Below, piece by piece: positions 40,570 to 50,952 of a stretch of DNA of 64,000 bases (within the stretch, counting starts at the first letter, position 1; each line of letters starts with the position of its first letter). Source of the DNA: Gemmatimonadales bacterium. Its GTDB lineage: Bacteria > Gemmatimonadota > Gemmatimonadetes > Gemmatimonadales > GWC2-71-9. Location: assembly GCA_965249575.1 (NCBI GenBank), contig OZ252244.1, forward strand, positions 1,856,001 through 1,920,000, given 5' to 3'. Both the position numbers and the translations under genes were made by a program. The notes under the pieces were generated by a model. The model was not told the DNA's origin, made no database searches, and worked only from the letters and a program-made list of their open reading frames with translations.

Positions 40570-40866
40570 CTACATCCCGAAGTAGGCCCTCACCCGAGGA
40601 TCCATTCGCTCGGGCGTCCAATAGGGTTCCCAGACGATCTCGACATCGACGTTGTCAACGCCGTCGAGCGTTTGCACGGCAGCCTGCGTGTCTCCGACGA
40701 TTTCCGGGCCGGCCGGACATCCCGGGGACGTCAGGGTCATTTTGATGTGAACGTCACCGCCGTCGATGGCGACGTCATAGACCAACCCGATGTCGATGAT
40801 ATTCATGTCGAGCTCGGGATCCTTGACCCCTCGCAACACCTTTCGAATGGCATCTTCGCTCAGCAC
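40570..40866 (-). CDS. Metal-sulfur cluster assembly factor (SufT/PaaD, DUF59)
   Basis: VKDPEL, IGLVY, MTLTSPGCP, WEPYW. Confidence 0.9.
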   Translation of the reverse strand: MLSEDAIRKVLRGVKDPELDMNIIDIGLVYDVAIDGGDVHIKMTLTSPGCPAGPEIVGDTQAAVQTLDGVDNVDVEIVWEPYWTPERMDPRVRAYFGM

Positions 40867-40948
40867 GGCAACCTCCAGTTCGCGATCCGTACACCTTTAA
40901 GGTAACAGATGAGCCGTGTGGGGAAGTTTCCGGGAGCCGTAATGAACG

Positions 40949-42103
40949 TCAGCATGTCGCCCTCCTGGGACCCCTACAAACCATCTCCTGCAGCAGACTC
41001 GCCTCGTCGGCGACCTTACCGCGGATCACCTTGAGTCTCGAGATGGAGCGCGACGTCCGAGGAGCATAGACCCGGTTGGTCAATAGCACGACGAACAGGT
41101 TGCGGTCGGGATCGATCCAGAGCGACGTGCCGGTGAAACCGGTGTGACCGAAGCTAGCAGTACTGAGCCGAGTTCCGGTGTTGGCGCTCGACGTCGTGTC
41201 TCGTAGGTCCCAACCGAGCGCACGCGTGCCCGCAGTGCGGCGGGTGAAGCTCTCGAGAATCGCCGGGTCAACGAGAGGCTTCCCCCCAACCAAGCGGCCG
41301 TTCCGGAGATGAAACTGGGCGTACCGAGCGAGGTCGAGAGCCGTCCCGAACAGTCCCGCGTGCCCGGCAACGCCATTCAGCCTCGCGGCGTTTTGATCGT
41401 GCACCGATCCGCGAACGACGTGCCCGCGCCAGCGCCCATTCGGCGCGGTGTAGGGGCGAAGGCGTCGGGACGGATTGAACGTCGTCAGTGTCATACCCAA
41501 GGGGCGAAAGACGTGCTCAGTCGCGAAGGAGTCGAGGGGCATCCCACCAGCGTCCTCCACGATCCAACCGAGCAACATCGCGTTGAGATCGCTGTACACC
41601 GGTCGTCGCCCAGGATCCCATCGCAGCGGCTCTTCCATGACTATCCGCCTCGCCTCCCGAGCGTCAGCCGCGAGGTCGTTGAGGGGAAGGAATGCGCGGA
41701 TGCCGGACGTGTGAGCCAGCAGGTGACGGACGGTGACGCGTTCCTTCCTCTCGCCCGTGAAGTCCGCCAGGTATCGGAACACTGGATCATCGAGGCGAAC
41801 TCGGTTCCGTGCGACGAGCAACATGATCGACGGTGTGGTCGCGACCACCTTCGTGAGCGACGCCAGGTCATAGAGCGTACTGTCGGGGCGGGGAACACCG
41901 CTGCCGGCGGACCATGTCAGATGACCGTAACCCTTGGAACGAAGAATCGCGTCGCGGGTGCCTACAACCAGCACCGCTCCGGGATAGACGCCTGCCGTGA
42001 CTCCTTCGAGCACGGCACGATCGAGGGCTGGCGCTTCCGCGCTCTGCAACGCGACAGTCAGAAAGAGCAAGGCGCTCATGAGAACGAATAATACCGAGTC
42101 CAC
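40949..42103 (-). CDS. Secreted serine hydrolase (beta-lactamase family)
   Basis: YDLASLTK, YSDLN, VHDQNA...GHAGLF, GHTGFTGTS, LLTNRV. Confidence 0.9.
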   Translation of the reverse strand: MDSVLFVLMSALLFLTVALQSAEAPALDRAVLEGVTAGVYPGAVLVVGTRDAILRSKGYGHLTWSAGSGVPRPDSTLYDLASLTKVVATTPSIMLLVARNRVRLDDPVFRYLADFTGERKERVTVRHLLAHTSGIRAFLPLNDLAADAREARRIVMEEPLRWDPGRRPVYSDLNAMLLGWIVEDAGGMPLDSFATEHVFRPLGMTLTTFNPSRRLRPYTAPNGRWRGHVVRGSVHDQNAARLNGVAGHAGLFGTALDLARYAQFHLRNGRLVGGKPLVDPAILESFTRRTAGTRALGWDLRDTTSSANTGTRLSTASFGHTGFTGTSLWIDPDRNLFVVLLTNRVYAPRTSRSISRLKVIRGKVADEASLLQEMVCRGPRRATC

Positions 42104-42181
42104 CGGAGGCTGGGGGAGCTCTGCCGAAGTGGGCGTTGAACGACAGGCGGCGTATCTTGCGATGATACGAGCGAACGAAAG

Positions 42182-43687
42182 ATGAAATACCCGATCCTCA
42201 TCGCCTCATTCGCCCTTCTCGGGCTCGCCTGTGCGACGCCGGGACACGGGCATCAGGCCGGTCCCCAGAGTGTCGTTCGAATCGACACCATGGCTATTCG
42301 AGAGCACACGAATTTCCTGTCGGACGACGCCCTGCGGGGGAGGGGCACCGGGACGTCCGGTAGCCAGGTGGCGGCACACTACATCCGCTCGGCGTGTGTC
42401 GGGTTGGGACTCCGGCCGATCGGGGACAGCTATCTGCATCGGGTCCCTTTGGAACAGGTTCGAATCCGGCCTGATGAAACTCATATCACCCTCACTGACA
42501 ACTACGTCCGCTACTATCGCTACCCGATGGACTTCACGGTCGACCTCGGGTCAAAGGCAACCACCGTTGGTTTTTCGGGGCCTGCGGTCTACGTCGGCGA
42601 CGAAGCGTCGATTCTCGATCTGGAGGGCGGCGGAATGCTTCGCGGGGCTGTCGCAGTAACTCGCGGGGGCCTGTTACCCGGGGACGCGGTAGATCGCATC
42701 AAGGCGTACGGGGTGACCGGTATGGTTCACCTGGCCACGAACATGGAGCGCTACGTAATGCTGTTGCGGAGCCGCGGGTCCACTCGCATGGTCGTGAAGG
42801 ACAGCACTGTGGCGCTGTCGCTCGCGCCTTCGCTGCCGGCGGTCGTGGCGAGTCCCGGGCTTTCGCGCGCGCTTCTTTCCCGGATCGCGCTACTGGGCGG
42901 CGAGCCGATCACACCGCAGCGGCTGCAGGATAGGGTCCAGTTTAGCATATCGAGCGAGCGGGAGGCCATCGATGCGCACAACGTCATTTGTGTCGCTCCT
43001 GGTGATGGAACCTCCGATAGCGCGATCGCGTATACCGCACACTACGATCACCTCGGCATCAGTTACCCTGACGCAAGAGGGGATTCGATTTACAACGGTT
43101 TCTCGGATAACGCAGCGGGCGTTGCGATGCTGCTCGCGATCGCCAAGGCGATGCGCGAGCCGGCTGCACCGCGAATGCGCTCCTCGGTCCTGTACGTCTT
43201 CTTCACCGGGGAGGAGCGCGGACTCCTAGGATCCGACTACCTCGTCGCGAGGCCCCCATGGCCGCTGGAACGGATCAAGGGGGTGATCAATCTCGACGGC
43301 GGCGCACCGCCGGCCGCGCCGTCGAGCTGGCGCATCGCGGGTGGTGCCGAATCGCCGCTGGGCCAGTTGGCGGTCGAAGTGGCGCTGTGGAGTGGATGGA
43401 GCGCCACCGTGTCCAAGGCGACGCCGAATTCCGACTACTACCCGTTCATCCGACACGGTGTGCCGTCGATTTTCATCATTCCGGGGTCCGGCCCATACGA
43501 CGGCCTGAGCCGCGACAGCTCCCAGGCGCTTCGCAGGAAGTGGGATCGATACCACCAGCCGGGTGATGAGTGGTCGCCGGAGTTTCCGTTCGCCGGTCTG
43601 GGGCGATATGCCGAGTACGCTCATCGCGTGGGAACGGCGTTGGATCACGGGGTGGACCGCCCCCGTCGAGCTCGAGACCGTCCCTAG
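42182..43687 (+). CDS. M28 family peptidase lipoprotein
   Basis: LACA lipobox, AHYDHLG, DNAAG, GEERGLLGS, SDY, YHQPGD. Confidence 0.9.
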   Translation: MKYPILIASFALLGLACATPGHGHQAGPQSVVRIDTMAIREHTNFLSDDALRGRGTGTSGSQVAAHYIRSACVGLGLRPIGDSYLHRVPLEQVRIRPDETHITLTDNYVRYYRYPMDFTVDLGSKATTVGFSGPAVYVGDEASILDLEGGGMLRGAVAVTRGGLLPGDAVDRIKAYGVTGMVHLATNMERYVMLLRSRGSTRMVVKDSTVALSLAPSLPAVVASPGLSRALLSRIALLGGEPITPQRLQDRVQFSISSEREAIDAHNVICVAPGDGTSDSAIAYTAHYDHLGISYPDARGDSIYNGFSDNAAGVAMLLAIAKAMREPAAPRMRSSVLYVFFTGEERGLLGSDYLVARPPWPLERIKGVINLDGGAPPAAPSSWRIAGGAESPLGQLAVEVALWSGWSATVSKATPNSDYYPFIRHGVPSIFIIPGSGPYDGLSRDSSQALRRKWDRYHQPGDEWSPEFPFAGLGRYAEYAHRVGTALDHGVDRPRRARDRP

Positions 43688-44423
43688 GGGCCGACTCGCG
43701 GGAGTTTGAGTGAGCCCGCCGGCAGCGCGTAGAGTAGCCTCCCAGTGCGGCGGTCACGCTGCGTAATGTCGCGCACGTCTGTGGTGGGGTACATTACGTC
43801 TCGCGGATCATCCGAGTGTCCGAGACCGAGGAGGTGTCCGATCTCATGGAGTGCGACGGTATAAATGGCCTCAGCGGGCATGAGCCGGCCTCGGGGGGTA
43901 TGCGTCGCCAGCGTGAGGGTGCCTGCTGCAGAATGCCGCGCCGGTCCCAGCGAACATCGGCCTGTCCCGCTCGCTCGATCGGAAACTTCTCGATCCATCG
44001 AACAACGACCTCGGCCCGGCTTGAATCACGCACGAAAACGAACGACACCGGAATGTCGGCGACTCGCTCCCATCTGGCGAACGCATTCCGAGCTTCCTGA
44101 CCCATCGCCACGGAGTATCCGGGGGCTCCCTCTTCGATCAGGTGGATTCTCAGGGGGTCTGAGATCCGGACCGACCACCGTTTGAGGACGGAGTCGGACT
44201 GGGCCAACATGGCGGGGATGTAAGTATCTGACCTCGTAATGCGGCGCAGCGCGTCGAGCCTGAGCTTGCGCAGGGAATCGACCAGGGCCGAGACCTGTAG
44301 TGCTTGATGGTCAGACTGATCGGGTAGTTGCTCGACGGCGGGCCCGCTCGAGGTATGCCTTCCGAGTTGGTAGGCAGTCACCGAGACCGCGATCAAGAAT
44401 GCTAGAGTGATGAGGCGACGCAC
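43684..44423 (-). pseudogene. Matrixin (M10) zinc metalloprotease, frameshifted
   Basis: N-terminal part (...DRRGILQQ) and C-terminal part (TLTLATH...HEIGHLLGLGHS..DVMYP) lie in different frames; shift at about 43920. Confidence 0.8.
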
Positions 44424-44489
44424 ACCACAATATGTGTCACTACCGATGCCGACCGCCACTCACACGATGACGCGCACCGTCGACCCGAC

Positions 44490-46817
44490 ATGAGCGTGCT
44501 GTTCGCTCGCGCCGTCATACGCCTCAGGCTCCTCATCATCGTCTTTTGGGTGGTGGTCGCCGGCGTTGCAATCCCGCGCGCGGCGCGGGTGAATGACGTC
44601 CTCCGTGTCGAAGGACAGACACTGGTCGACACCGAGTCGGGGCAAGCCACCCGATTGATCCGAGAGGACTTCAAGCAGCCTGTCGCCCATTTCTTCGCCG
44701 TAGCCATTTCCGGGCCCGTTCCCGTCGACAGCCTCATCTACCAAGTATTGCTCGACACGCTCGGAGCCCGCGCCCTTGGTGAATCGTACATCGATCGCGT
44801 TGTATCGCATCGCAACACCGCCGATTCCTCACTTGTGAGCAAGGACCGTAAGACGACGTTCGTGATCGCTACAGTGGCTGTCGCGCACGCCGACACGGCC
44901 ACCGATTTGACCGAGCCGTTCCGGGCCAGCGTACACGGCCTCGTCGAAGAGCTGCCGTGGGCCTCGGAGTTCCGGGTACAAGTGACGGGCGGGCCGGCAC
45001 TCGACTACGACGTACGCACGCTCGGCAAGGTCGATTCGGAGCAAGGCGAGCGCCGAGCCCTCCCGCTCACCATGGCCGTACTGATTCTGGCCTTCGGGGC
45101 GATCATCGCGGCAATTCTACCCATCATCGTCGGGGTGTTCGCGATCTCGTGCGCGTTGGCGCTGGTCCACGTCGCAGCGACGTTCCAGCCGATGTCGGTT
45201 TTCGTGCTGAGCATCGTGTCCATGGTGGGCTTGGGGGTCGGGATCGACTATTCGCTTTTGGTCGTTACCCGCTTCCGAGAGGAATTGAACCGGGGGCTCG
45301 GGGCCAACGAAGCCGCGATGCGAACGATCGCAACGGCGGGGCAAGCGGTGACAACGAGTGGTTTGACGGTGATCGTGGGTTTTGCTGCGCTGCTGACAAT
45401 CCCTCTCACCGAGACCCGATCGGTGGCGATTGGCGGACTCCTGGTCGTCGGCTCGGCAGTGTTGCTCTCAATAACTCTGCTCCCGGCCATCCTATCGATC
45501 CTCGGGCGGGCCGTCGACTGGCCCCGTTGGCTTGCCCGCCGTCTCGCCTGGTATCACGCTCCCGCCGCGTGGGAGCGGTGGGCACGCTGGCTCGGACACC
45601 ACCCGTGGAGGGCCCTGTTGATCGGGGGAGTGGCCGTGGCAAGCGTGACGTGGCCCCTGATCGGTATCGAAATCGGCCTCCCGCGTTCCGGCTGGTTCCC
45701 TTCGGAGACCGAATCGGGACGGGGAGTCGAGATCCTCGAGAGCATGGGTTCCCGCGGGGCCTTGCAACCGGTGAGGGTGATCGTTCAGGCGCCGCCGGGC
45801 GAGAGAATCGTCTCGTCGAGGTACGTCCGGGGGCTACGCCGGCTTTCGGACTCAATCCGCGCCGATCCCCGCGTTGCCTCTGTCCGGAGCGTCGTCGATC
45901 TCCGAGAGAAAATGTCGGTTCTTCGATACACCCTGCTGTACAGTGACATGGAAAGAGCGCGGGAACGATCGCCCGAGTTCTACGACGCGTTCCTCACCCC
46001 GGACAACAACACGACGCTACTGGACGCGCTCCTGGCTGACAGCACTTCGTTCAGGGGTGCCATGGACGTCGTGCGACGCATACGCACACTTGCGGACAGT
46101 GGAATCACCGGCCTGAGCTCGACGAACATCCTCGTCGGTGGGTTCGCCGCCGCCAGCGTGGATCTTCAGGAAGATTTGCTCCAGCGTTTTCCACGACTGA
46201 TTGGGCTCGTGGTTATCACGACAGCGATCATGCTGTTCATCGCGTTCCGGTCGATCCTCGTACCGATCAAAGCCGTCGTAATGAACTGTTTGTCCGTGGC
46301 TGGGGCGTTCGGTTTGATCGTGCTCGTGTTCCAATGGGGCGTCGGCAGCCAGCTCTTCGGGCTGGAGGGGGCCACGGAAGCGGTCTACGTCGTCGTACCC
46401 GTGCTCGTGTTCGCCGTCGTTTTCGGACTGAGTATGGATTACGAGGTGTTTCTGCTGTCGCGCATCAAGGAAGCGTTCGATCGCTCGGGGAGGAACGACC
46501 AGGCGACCATGGAGGGCCTGAGCGCAACGGCGTCAGTCATCACCAGCGCCGCCGCGATCATGATCATCGTGTTCGGGACATTCAGTTTCGCCCGGGTGCT
46601 CGCCGTGCAGTTGATGGGATTCGGGCTAGCGGTAGCGGTGTTCCTCGACGCGACGCTGATTCGAATGGTGTTGGTCCCTTCGCTCATGCACATCGCCGGT
46701 CGGTGGAACTGGTGGCCCGGGGTGCGCGGCACGCGCGGAGAGCGAGGTGACAGGGTGAGTGGGGGGGCGGGCCAGCCCCGCGCCGCACGCCCTAGCGACG
46801 GCCGGCCTTCAGTGTGA
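44490..46817 (+). CDS. MMPL family (RND) transporter
   Basis: GLGVGIDYSLLVVTRFREE, FGLSMDYEVFLLSRIKE, WNWWP. Confidence 0.93.
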   Translation: MSVLFARAVIRLRLLIIVFWVVVAGVAIPRAARVNDVLRVEGQTLVDTESGQATRLIREDFKQPVAHFFAVAISGPVPVDSLIYQVLLDTLGARALGESYIDRVVSHRNTADSSLVSKDRKTTFVIATVAVAHADTATDLTEPFRASVHGLVEELPWASEFRVQVTGGPALDYDVRTLGKVDSEQGERRALPLTMAVLILAFGAIIAAILPIIVGVFAISCALALVHVAATFQPMSVFVLSIVSMVGLGVGIDYSLLVVTRFREELNRGLGANEAAMRTIATAGQAVTTSGLTVIVGFAALLTIPLTETRSVAIGGLLVVGSAVLLSITLLPAILSILGRAVDWPRWLARRLAWYHAPAAWERWARWLGHHPWRALLIGGVAVASVTWPLIGIEIGLPRSGWFPSETESGRGVEILESMGSRGALQPVRVIVQAPPGERIVSSRYVRGLRRLSDSIRADPRVASVRSVVDLREKMSVLRYTLLYSDMERARERSPEFYDAFLTPDNNTTLLDALLADSTSFRGAMDVVRRIRTLADSGITGLSSTNILVGGFAAASVDLQEDLLQRFPRLIGLVVITTAIMLFIAFRSILVPIKAVVMNCLSVAGAFGLIVLVFQWGVGSQLFGLEGATEAVYVVVPVLVFAVVFGLSMDYEVFLLSRIKEAFDRSGRNDQATMEGLSATASVITSAAAIMIIVFGTFSFARVLAVQLMGFGLAVAVFLDATLIRMVLVPSLMHIAGRWNWWPGVRGTRGERGDRVSGGAGQPRAARPSDGRPSV

Positions 46818-47106
46818 CGGCGGTTGCCAAGAACCGAGCGCGCAGGTCCCAGTGCCACGCGGGCACACGCTGGCCCGTCGGCGGATACTTCAGGGGTTTG
46901 AATTGCAGCCACTCCGATCGCAGGGCGAGAATGCGGCCCGCCTCTAGCAGGGCAACGCGGTTGGCCGAAACGAGGTGCGCCATTGGCTCGCCCCGCAGCA
47001 CGAAGTGATGTAGCCACAGTCCCCCATCGAGCGCGAACGTCATACCCTCGCGCCTGTTGGTGAACTCTAACCACTGAACCTCAGCTACAGCCGATCGTTC
47101 CTTCAC
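46792..47106 (-). CDS. Hypothetical protein, DUF4031-like
   Basis: HLVS...L...G..L.LRSEWLQ...WHWDL resembles the DUF4031 pattern; start uncertain. Confidence 0.55.
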   Translation of the reverse strand: MKERSAVAEVQWLEFTNRREGMTFALDGGLWLHHFVLRGEPMAHLVSANRVALLEAGRILALRSEWLQFKPLKYPPTGQRVPAWHWDLRARFLATAVTLKAGRR

Positions 47107-47467
47107 GAACGGCCGACCCTATCGGCGCGGCGCCGCCCACGAAGAGTGAGCACCGCACCAGGGTCCCCGAAAGAGACACGGTTGCTGACCATCCGGCATT
47201 CGTGGCTTCGTTGACCAGCACCTCGACGTCTCCGATCGGCTGCAGCCCACGCGCGCGCAAGGCGGCCTCGTCGGCCGTGTATACAGCGTAGTCGTAGAAA
47301 TACGACTCCTCCGCTACCGCGAAATTGCGCAGGCTCGTCCGCAGATCCGCTATCTGCGAACGCTCGCGGGCTGCGGTGATGCGCGGGATGGCGATGGCCG
47401 TGATCAAACCGACATTGACGACCACGAGTACTAGCTCCAAAAGCGTAAAGCCCCGCGCTCGTATCAT
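47081..47467 (-). CDS. Type IV pilin-like protein
   Basis: RG/FTLLELVLVV prepilin cleavage motif; C-terminal Cys pair. Confidence 0.88.
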   Translation of the reverse strand: MIRARGFTLLELVLVVVNVGLITAIAIPRITAARERSQIADLRTSLRNFAVAEESYFYDYAVYTADEAALRARGLQPIGDVEVLVNEATNAGWSATVSLSGTLVRCSLFVGGAAPIGSAVREGTIGCS

Positions 47468-47532
47468 GGCTGTTTCCGTGACGAGAGGGCTCTAATTCAA
47501 TAATGATCGAACCGACCATCCACCGACAAGTC

Positions 47533-50277
47533 CTATTTCTTGGCATCCAGCCAGTTCCACCCGACCCCTATATCGACCACCAACGGCACGCGGAGCACGG
47601 CGGCTCCTTCCATCTCGCGCCGTACGATCGGTTGCGCTTCCTCTATTTCCGGCTCTGGGGCCTCGAGAACCAGTTCGTCATGCACCTGTAGTAGAATGGC
47701 GGTCTCGAGGCCAGCATCGCTCAACGCCGCGGCCAGGTTGATCATAGCGACCTTGATGAGGTCCGCCGCCGATCCCTGGAGCGGCGAATTCATCGCGGTT
47801 CGTTCACCAAACGAGCGCACATTGAAATTCCGGTCCTTCAGCTCGGGAATGTAGCGCCGCCGACTGCGAATCGTTTCGGCGTATCCTCGCTCCCGAGCCA
47901 ACTCGATCGAACGGTCGAGGAAACGGCGTACCTCTGGTAGCCGCTCGAAATAACGCGTGATGAAATCCTTGGCCTCTTCTTGCGTGATTCCCAACTGCCG
48001 ACTCAGCGCGAACGGCCCCTGCCCGTAAATCGTCGCGAAGTTGATCGTCTTCGCGCGGGCCCGCATCTCGGACGTCACCTCGCCGAGGGAAACGTCGAAG
48101 ATGATCGCCGCGGTCTCCCGGTGAATGTCTCCCCCCCGCTCGAACGCGCCGATGAACGCGGGATCTTCCGATAGGTGGGCAAGGAGTCGCAGCTCGATCT
48201 GCGAGTAGTCGGCCACGATAAACCGGCAGCCGGGTCCGGGCACGAAGCACTGCCGGATCAGCTCGCCCCGAGGCGTGCGGATGGGGATGTTCTGCAAGTT
48301 GGGGTCCGAAGATGACAGCCGTCCCGTCGCGGCTCCCGCTTGATTGAAGCTCGTGTGGATTCGACCGGTCTCCGGGTTGATGCTCTCCGGCAGCACATCC
48401 ACGTAGGTCGAGCGCAGCTTCGTCAGTTCCCGATACTCCAGCAGCAATTTAGGCACGTCGTAGCCCGTCGCCGCCAGCTCGGCCAGCACGTCCGCATCGG
48501 TGGAGGGTCCCGTCTTGGTCTTCTTGAGAACCGGCAGCTGGAGCTTCTCGAACAGGACGTGTCGCAATTGATGTGTGCTACTGATGTTGAACTCCGTGCC
48601 GGCCGCCTGGTGAATTGCGCGCTCTAAAGCCTCCAGCTCCTCGCCAAATCGCTGCGACAGCGCGCGAAGCCCGTCGACGTCGATCGCGATCCCACGCCAT
48701 TCCATATCGACTAATACGACCGTGAGGGGAAGCTCGACCTCCTCGTAGAGGCGCGTCAAGCTGTGGGCTGCCAGCTGCGTGGCCAGCGTGTCTCGCAGCC
48801 TCAGCATCGTCTCGCAGGACCCACAGCTGAACACTCCTGCCTCCTCAACCGGCAGCTCGGTGAACGGTCGCGCGCCCTTGCCCTGTCCCAGCAACTCGGC
48901 ACGGGATCGTATCTCGCTCGACAAGTAATCGAGCGCCAAGGCGTCGAGCGCGTGCGTCCGCCTGCCGGGGTCGACCAGGAAGCTCGCGAGCATGACGTCG
49001 AATTCGACTCCCGCTAACTCGATCCCTGCTCTCCGTAACGCCAACCAGTCCCGCTTCACGTCGTGGCCTGTTTTCCGAACCGCGGCGTCCGCGAGTAGGT
49101 CCGCAACGGGTTTCATGGCATCGCCCGTCAATGGCGGCAGGTTTGATACCTCTTCGCCACCACCGAGCTCTCCATCGGCACGACCGTGTGCGAGTGGTAA
49201 GTACCAGCTACCGTCACTGGTAGCCAACGAGATGCCCACCACTTCCCCTCTCAAGGGATCTGGCTCGCTCGCTTCCACCAGCATCGCGACACCCCCCGCA
49301 CCGCGGACCTCACGGATCATCGCCTCGAGGCCGCTGGGTGAATCGATGACCGTAAAGGCTACGTCTTTGGCGATGGATTGTGACGCGAGCTTAGGCAAGA
49401 GGGAGTGGAATTCGAGCTCGGCAAACAGCTTTCGCAGCGCCGACGTATCGGGGGCGCCGACCTCGAATGTCTTCAAGTCCAGATCGACTGGGACGTCACG
49501 CCGAATGGTCACCAGGTCGCGACTCAATCGGGCGTCTTCGGCGCTCTTCGCCAACGCCTCGCGTGCCCGTTTTCCCTTGACCTCGGACGCATGCGAGAGG
49601 ATCGCATCCAAGTCACCGTACTCGCCGATCAGCGCGCGCGCCGTTTTGTCGCCCACTCCGCGCACACCGGGCACGTTGTCGGACGAATCACCGACGAGGG
49701 CCAAGTAATCCACCACCCGTTCGGGCGGCACCCCGAGACGATCCGCCGCGTTACTCGGGTCGACCCAGTGCTCTTCGACACTCGCCGGACCGCCCCGCCC
49801 GGGATTGAGCAGCCGGATCTTCTCCGAGATTAGTTGGTAGAAGTCTTTGTCGCCAGAGACGATGACAGTGTGCAACCCGCGCTCGCTGGCCCGCACCGCC
49901 AAGGTCCCGATCACGTCGTCAGCTTCATACCCGTCCACCGCAACGAGCGGGACACGAAACGCCTCGAGGATCTCCTCGATCCGTAACACGGACCGATCGA
50001 AGTCTTGTTGCAGCTCGTCGTCCAGCTTTTCGCGAGTAGCCTTGTACTCCTCGTATGTCTCGTTGCGAAACGACGTCCCAGCGTCGTGCACCCAGACGAT
50101 GTGCGTAGGATGGTGTTTCTCGAACAGGCGCAGCAAGAAGTTGGCGACGCCCCAACTCGCGGACGTGTTCTCGCCCCGACTGGTAGTGAGCGGCCGTCCG
50201 ATCATGGCGAAAAACGCGCGATAGATGAGCGCGTAGCCGTCTATGAGAAAGAGTACGGGGTCCCGCTGGGGAGGCAT
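47533..50277 (-). CDS. polA: DNA polymerase I
   Basis: LIDGYALIYRAF, YEADDVIGT, TGRLSSSDPNLQNIP, DYSQIELR, AKTINFATIYG, QVHDEL. Confidence 0.98.
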   Translation of the reverse strand: MPPQRDPVLFLIDGYALIYRAFFAMIGRPLTTSRGENTSASWGVANFLLRLFEKHHPTHIVWVHDAGTSFRNETYEEYKATREKLDDELQQDFDRSVLRIEEILEAFRVPLVAVDGYEADDVIGTLAVRASERGLHTVIVSGDKDFYQLISEKIRLLNPGRGGPASVEEHWVDPSNAADRLGVPPERVVDYLALVGDSSDNVPGVRGVGDKTARALIGEYGDLDAILSHASEVKGKRAREALAKSAEDARLSRDLVTIRRDVPVDLDLKTFEVGAPDTSALRKLFAELEFHSLLPKLASQSIAKDVAFTVIDSPSGLEAMIREVRGAGGVAMLVEASEPDPLRGEVVGISLATSDGSWYLPLAHGRADGELGGGEEVSNLPPLTGDAMKPVADLLADAAVRKTGHDVKRDWLALRRAGIELAGVEFDVMLASFLVDPGRRTHALDALALDYLSSEIRSRAELLGQGKGARPFTELPVEEAGVFSCGSCETMLRLRDTLATQLAAHSLTRLYEEVELPLTVVLVDMEWRGIAIDVDGLRALSQRFGEELEALERAIHQAAGTEFNISSTHQLRHVLFEKLQLPVLKKTKTGPSTDADVLAELAATGYDVPKLLLEYRELTKLRSTYVDVLPESINPETGRIHTSFNQAGAATGRLSSSDPNLQNIPIRTPRGELIRQCFVPGPGCRFIVADYSQIELRLLAHLSEDPAFIGAFERGGDIHRETAAIIFDVSLGEVTSEMRARAKTINFATIYGQGPFALSRQLGITQEEAKDFITRYFERLPEVRRFLDRSIELARERGYAETIRSRRRYIPELKDRNFNVRSFGERTAMNSPLQGSAADLIKVAMINLAAALSDAGLETAILLQVHDELVLEAPEPEIEEAQPIVRREMEGAAVLRVPLVVDIGVGWNWLDAKK

Positions 50278-50292
50278 GCCCCAAGATACCCC

Positions 50293-50838
50293 TCAGCCGA
50301 GAATCAGCACGCTCGCGGCCACGCCCGGAGCGAGCAGGAGGTTGTCGTCGAATGGTCCAGGCCACCGCTCCAGCGCCGCCGCGACGACCGCGCCCAAAGT
50401 GGCGCCGTGCCAGCCGATTTCGAGTGTGAAGAGCGCCGCCATCGCGACCACCAGGGCGGCCAGGGTGCCCGACCAGCTCTTGCGCGCGCCTCGCCCAAAT
50501 CTGGAGCCAACCAGCGAAGCCGCTGGGTCCGCGAGCGCCGCGACGAGGATGCCAGCCACCGCGGCGCGCTCGGGAAGCCAGCTGGCGGCGGCGAAACCTG
50601 CCCACAACCATGCGGCGCCACTGATCCTTCCGGCCTCCTCAGGACGGAATACTGGCACTTGCGCCTGTATCCACCGATTCCACGCCGGCACGCGCAGCCG
50701 AATCAACTCGAGCGCGATCACGACGGGAGTGCCCAGGACGAGCACATGTCGGAGAGCCGCCCAGAACCCGCATTGCGCCATGATCGCGGCCCCCGCCGTG
50801 CTCGCATGCAGCGCTCGGCGGACGCCGTTGGCGCTCAC
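50293..50838 (-). CDS. Dolichol/diacylglycerol kinase-like membrane protein (CTP_transf_1 family)
   Basis: RRALH, FRPEE, LADPAASLVG, KSWSGT, DDNLL. Confidence 0.8.
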   Translation of the reverse strand: MSANGVRRALHASTAGAAIMAQCGFWAALRHVLVLGTPVVIALELIRLRVPAWNRWIQAQVPVFRPEEAGRISGAAWLWAGFAAASWLPERAAVAGILVAALADPAASLVGSRFGRGARKSWSGTLAALVVAMAALFTLEIGWHGATLGAVVAAALERWPGPFDDNLLLAPGVAASVLILG

Positions 50839-50900
50839 CGGTCGGTTAGGCTCGGGTAGAGTGCGCGGTATAGACCCCGGTTGCGTAGGACGGCTCGGAC
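50782..50900. repeat. 119-bp direct repeat, copy A
   Basis: Matches 51672-51790 with 8 mismatches; 45-bp identical core at 50841-50885. Confidence 0.95.
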
Positions 50901-50952
50901 CTGACCGGCGCAATCGACGCGATCCTGATCGCGCCGACCCTGTCGGCAATGA

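Noticed and set aside
7022..42103. The two beta-lactamase-family genes as antibiotic resistance determinants
   Set aside because: SxxK serine hydrolases of this kind are often peptidases or esterases; nothing here supports resistance and there is no mobile context.
50845..50851. GTTAGGC as an integron core site with GNAT as a cassette
   Set aside because: No attC hairpin or integrase, and cassette insertion does not duplicate 119 bp.
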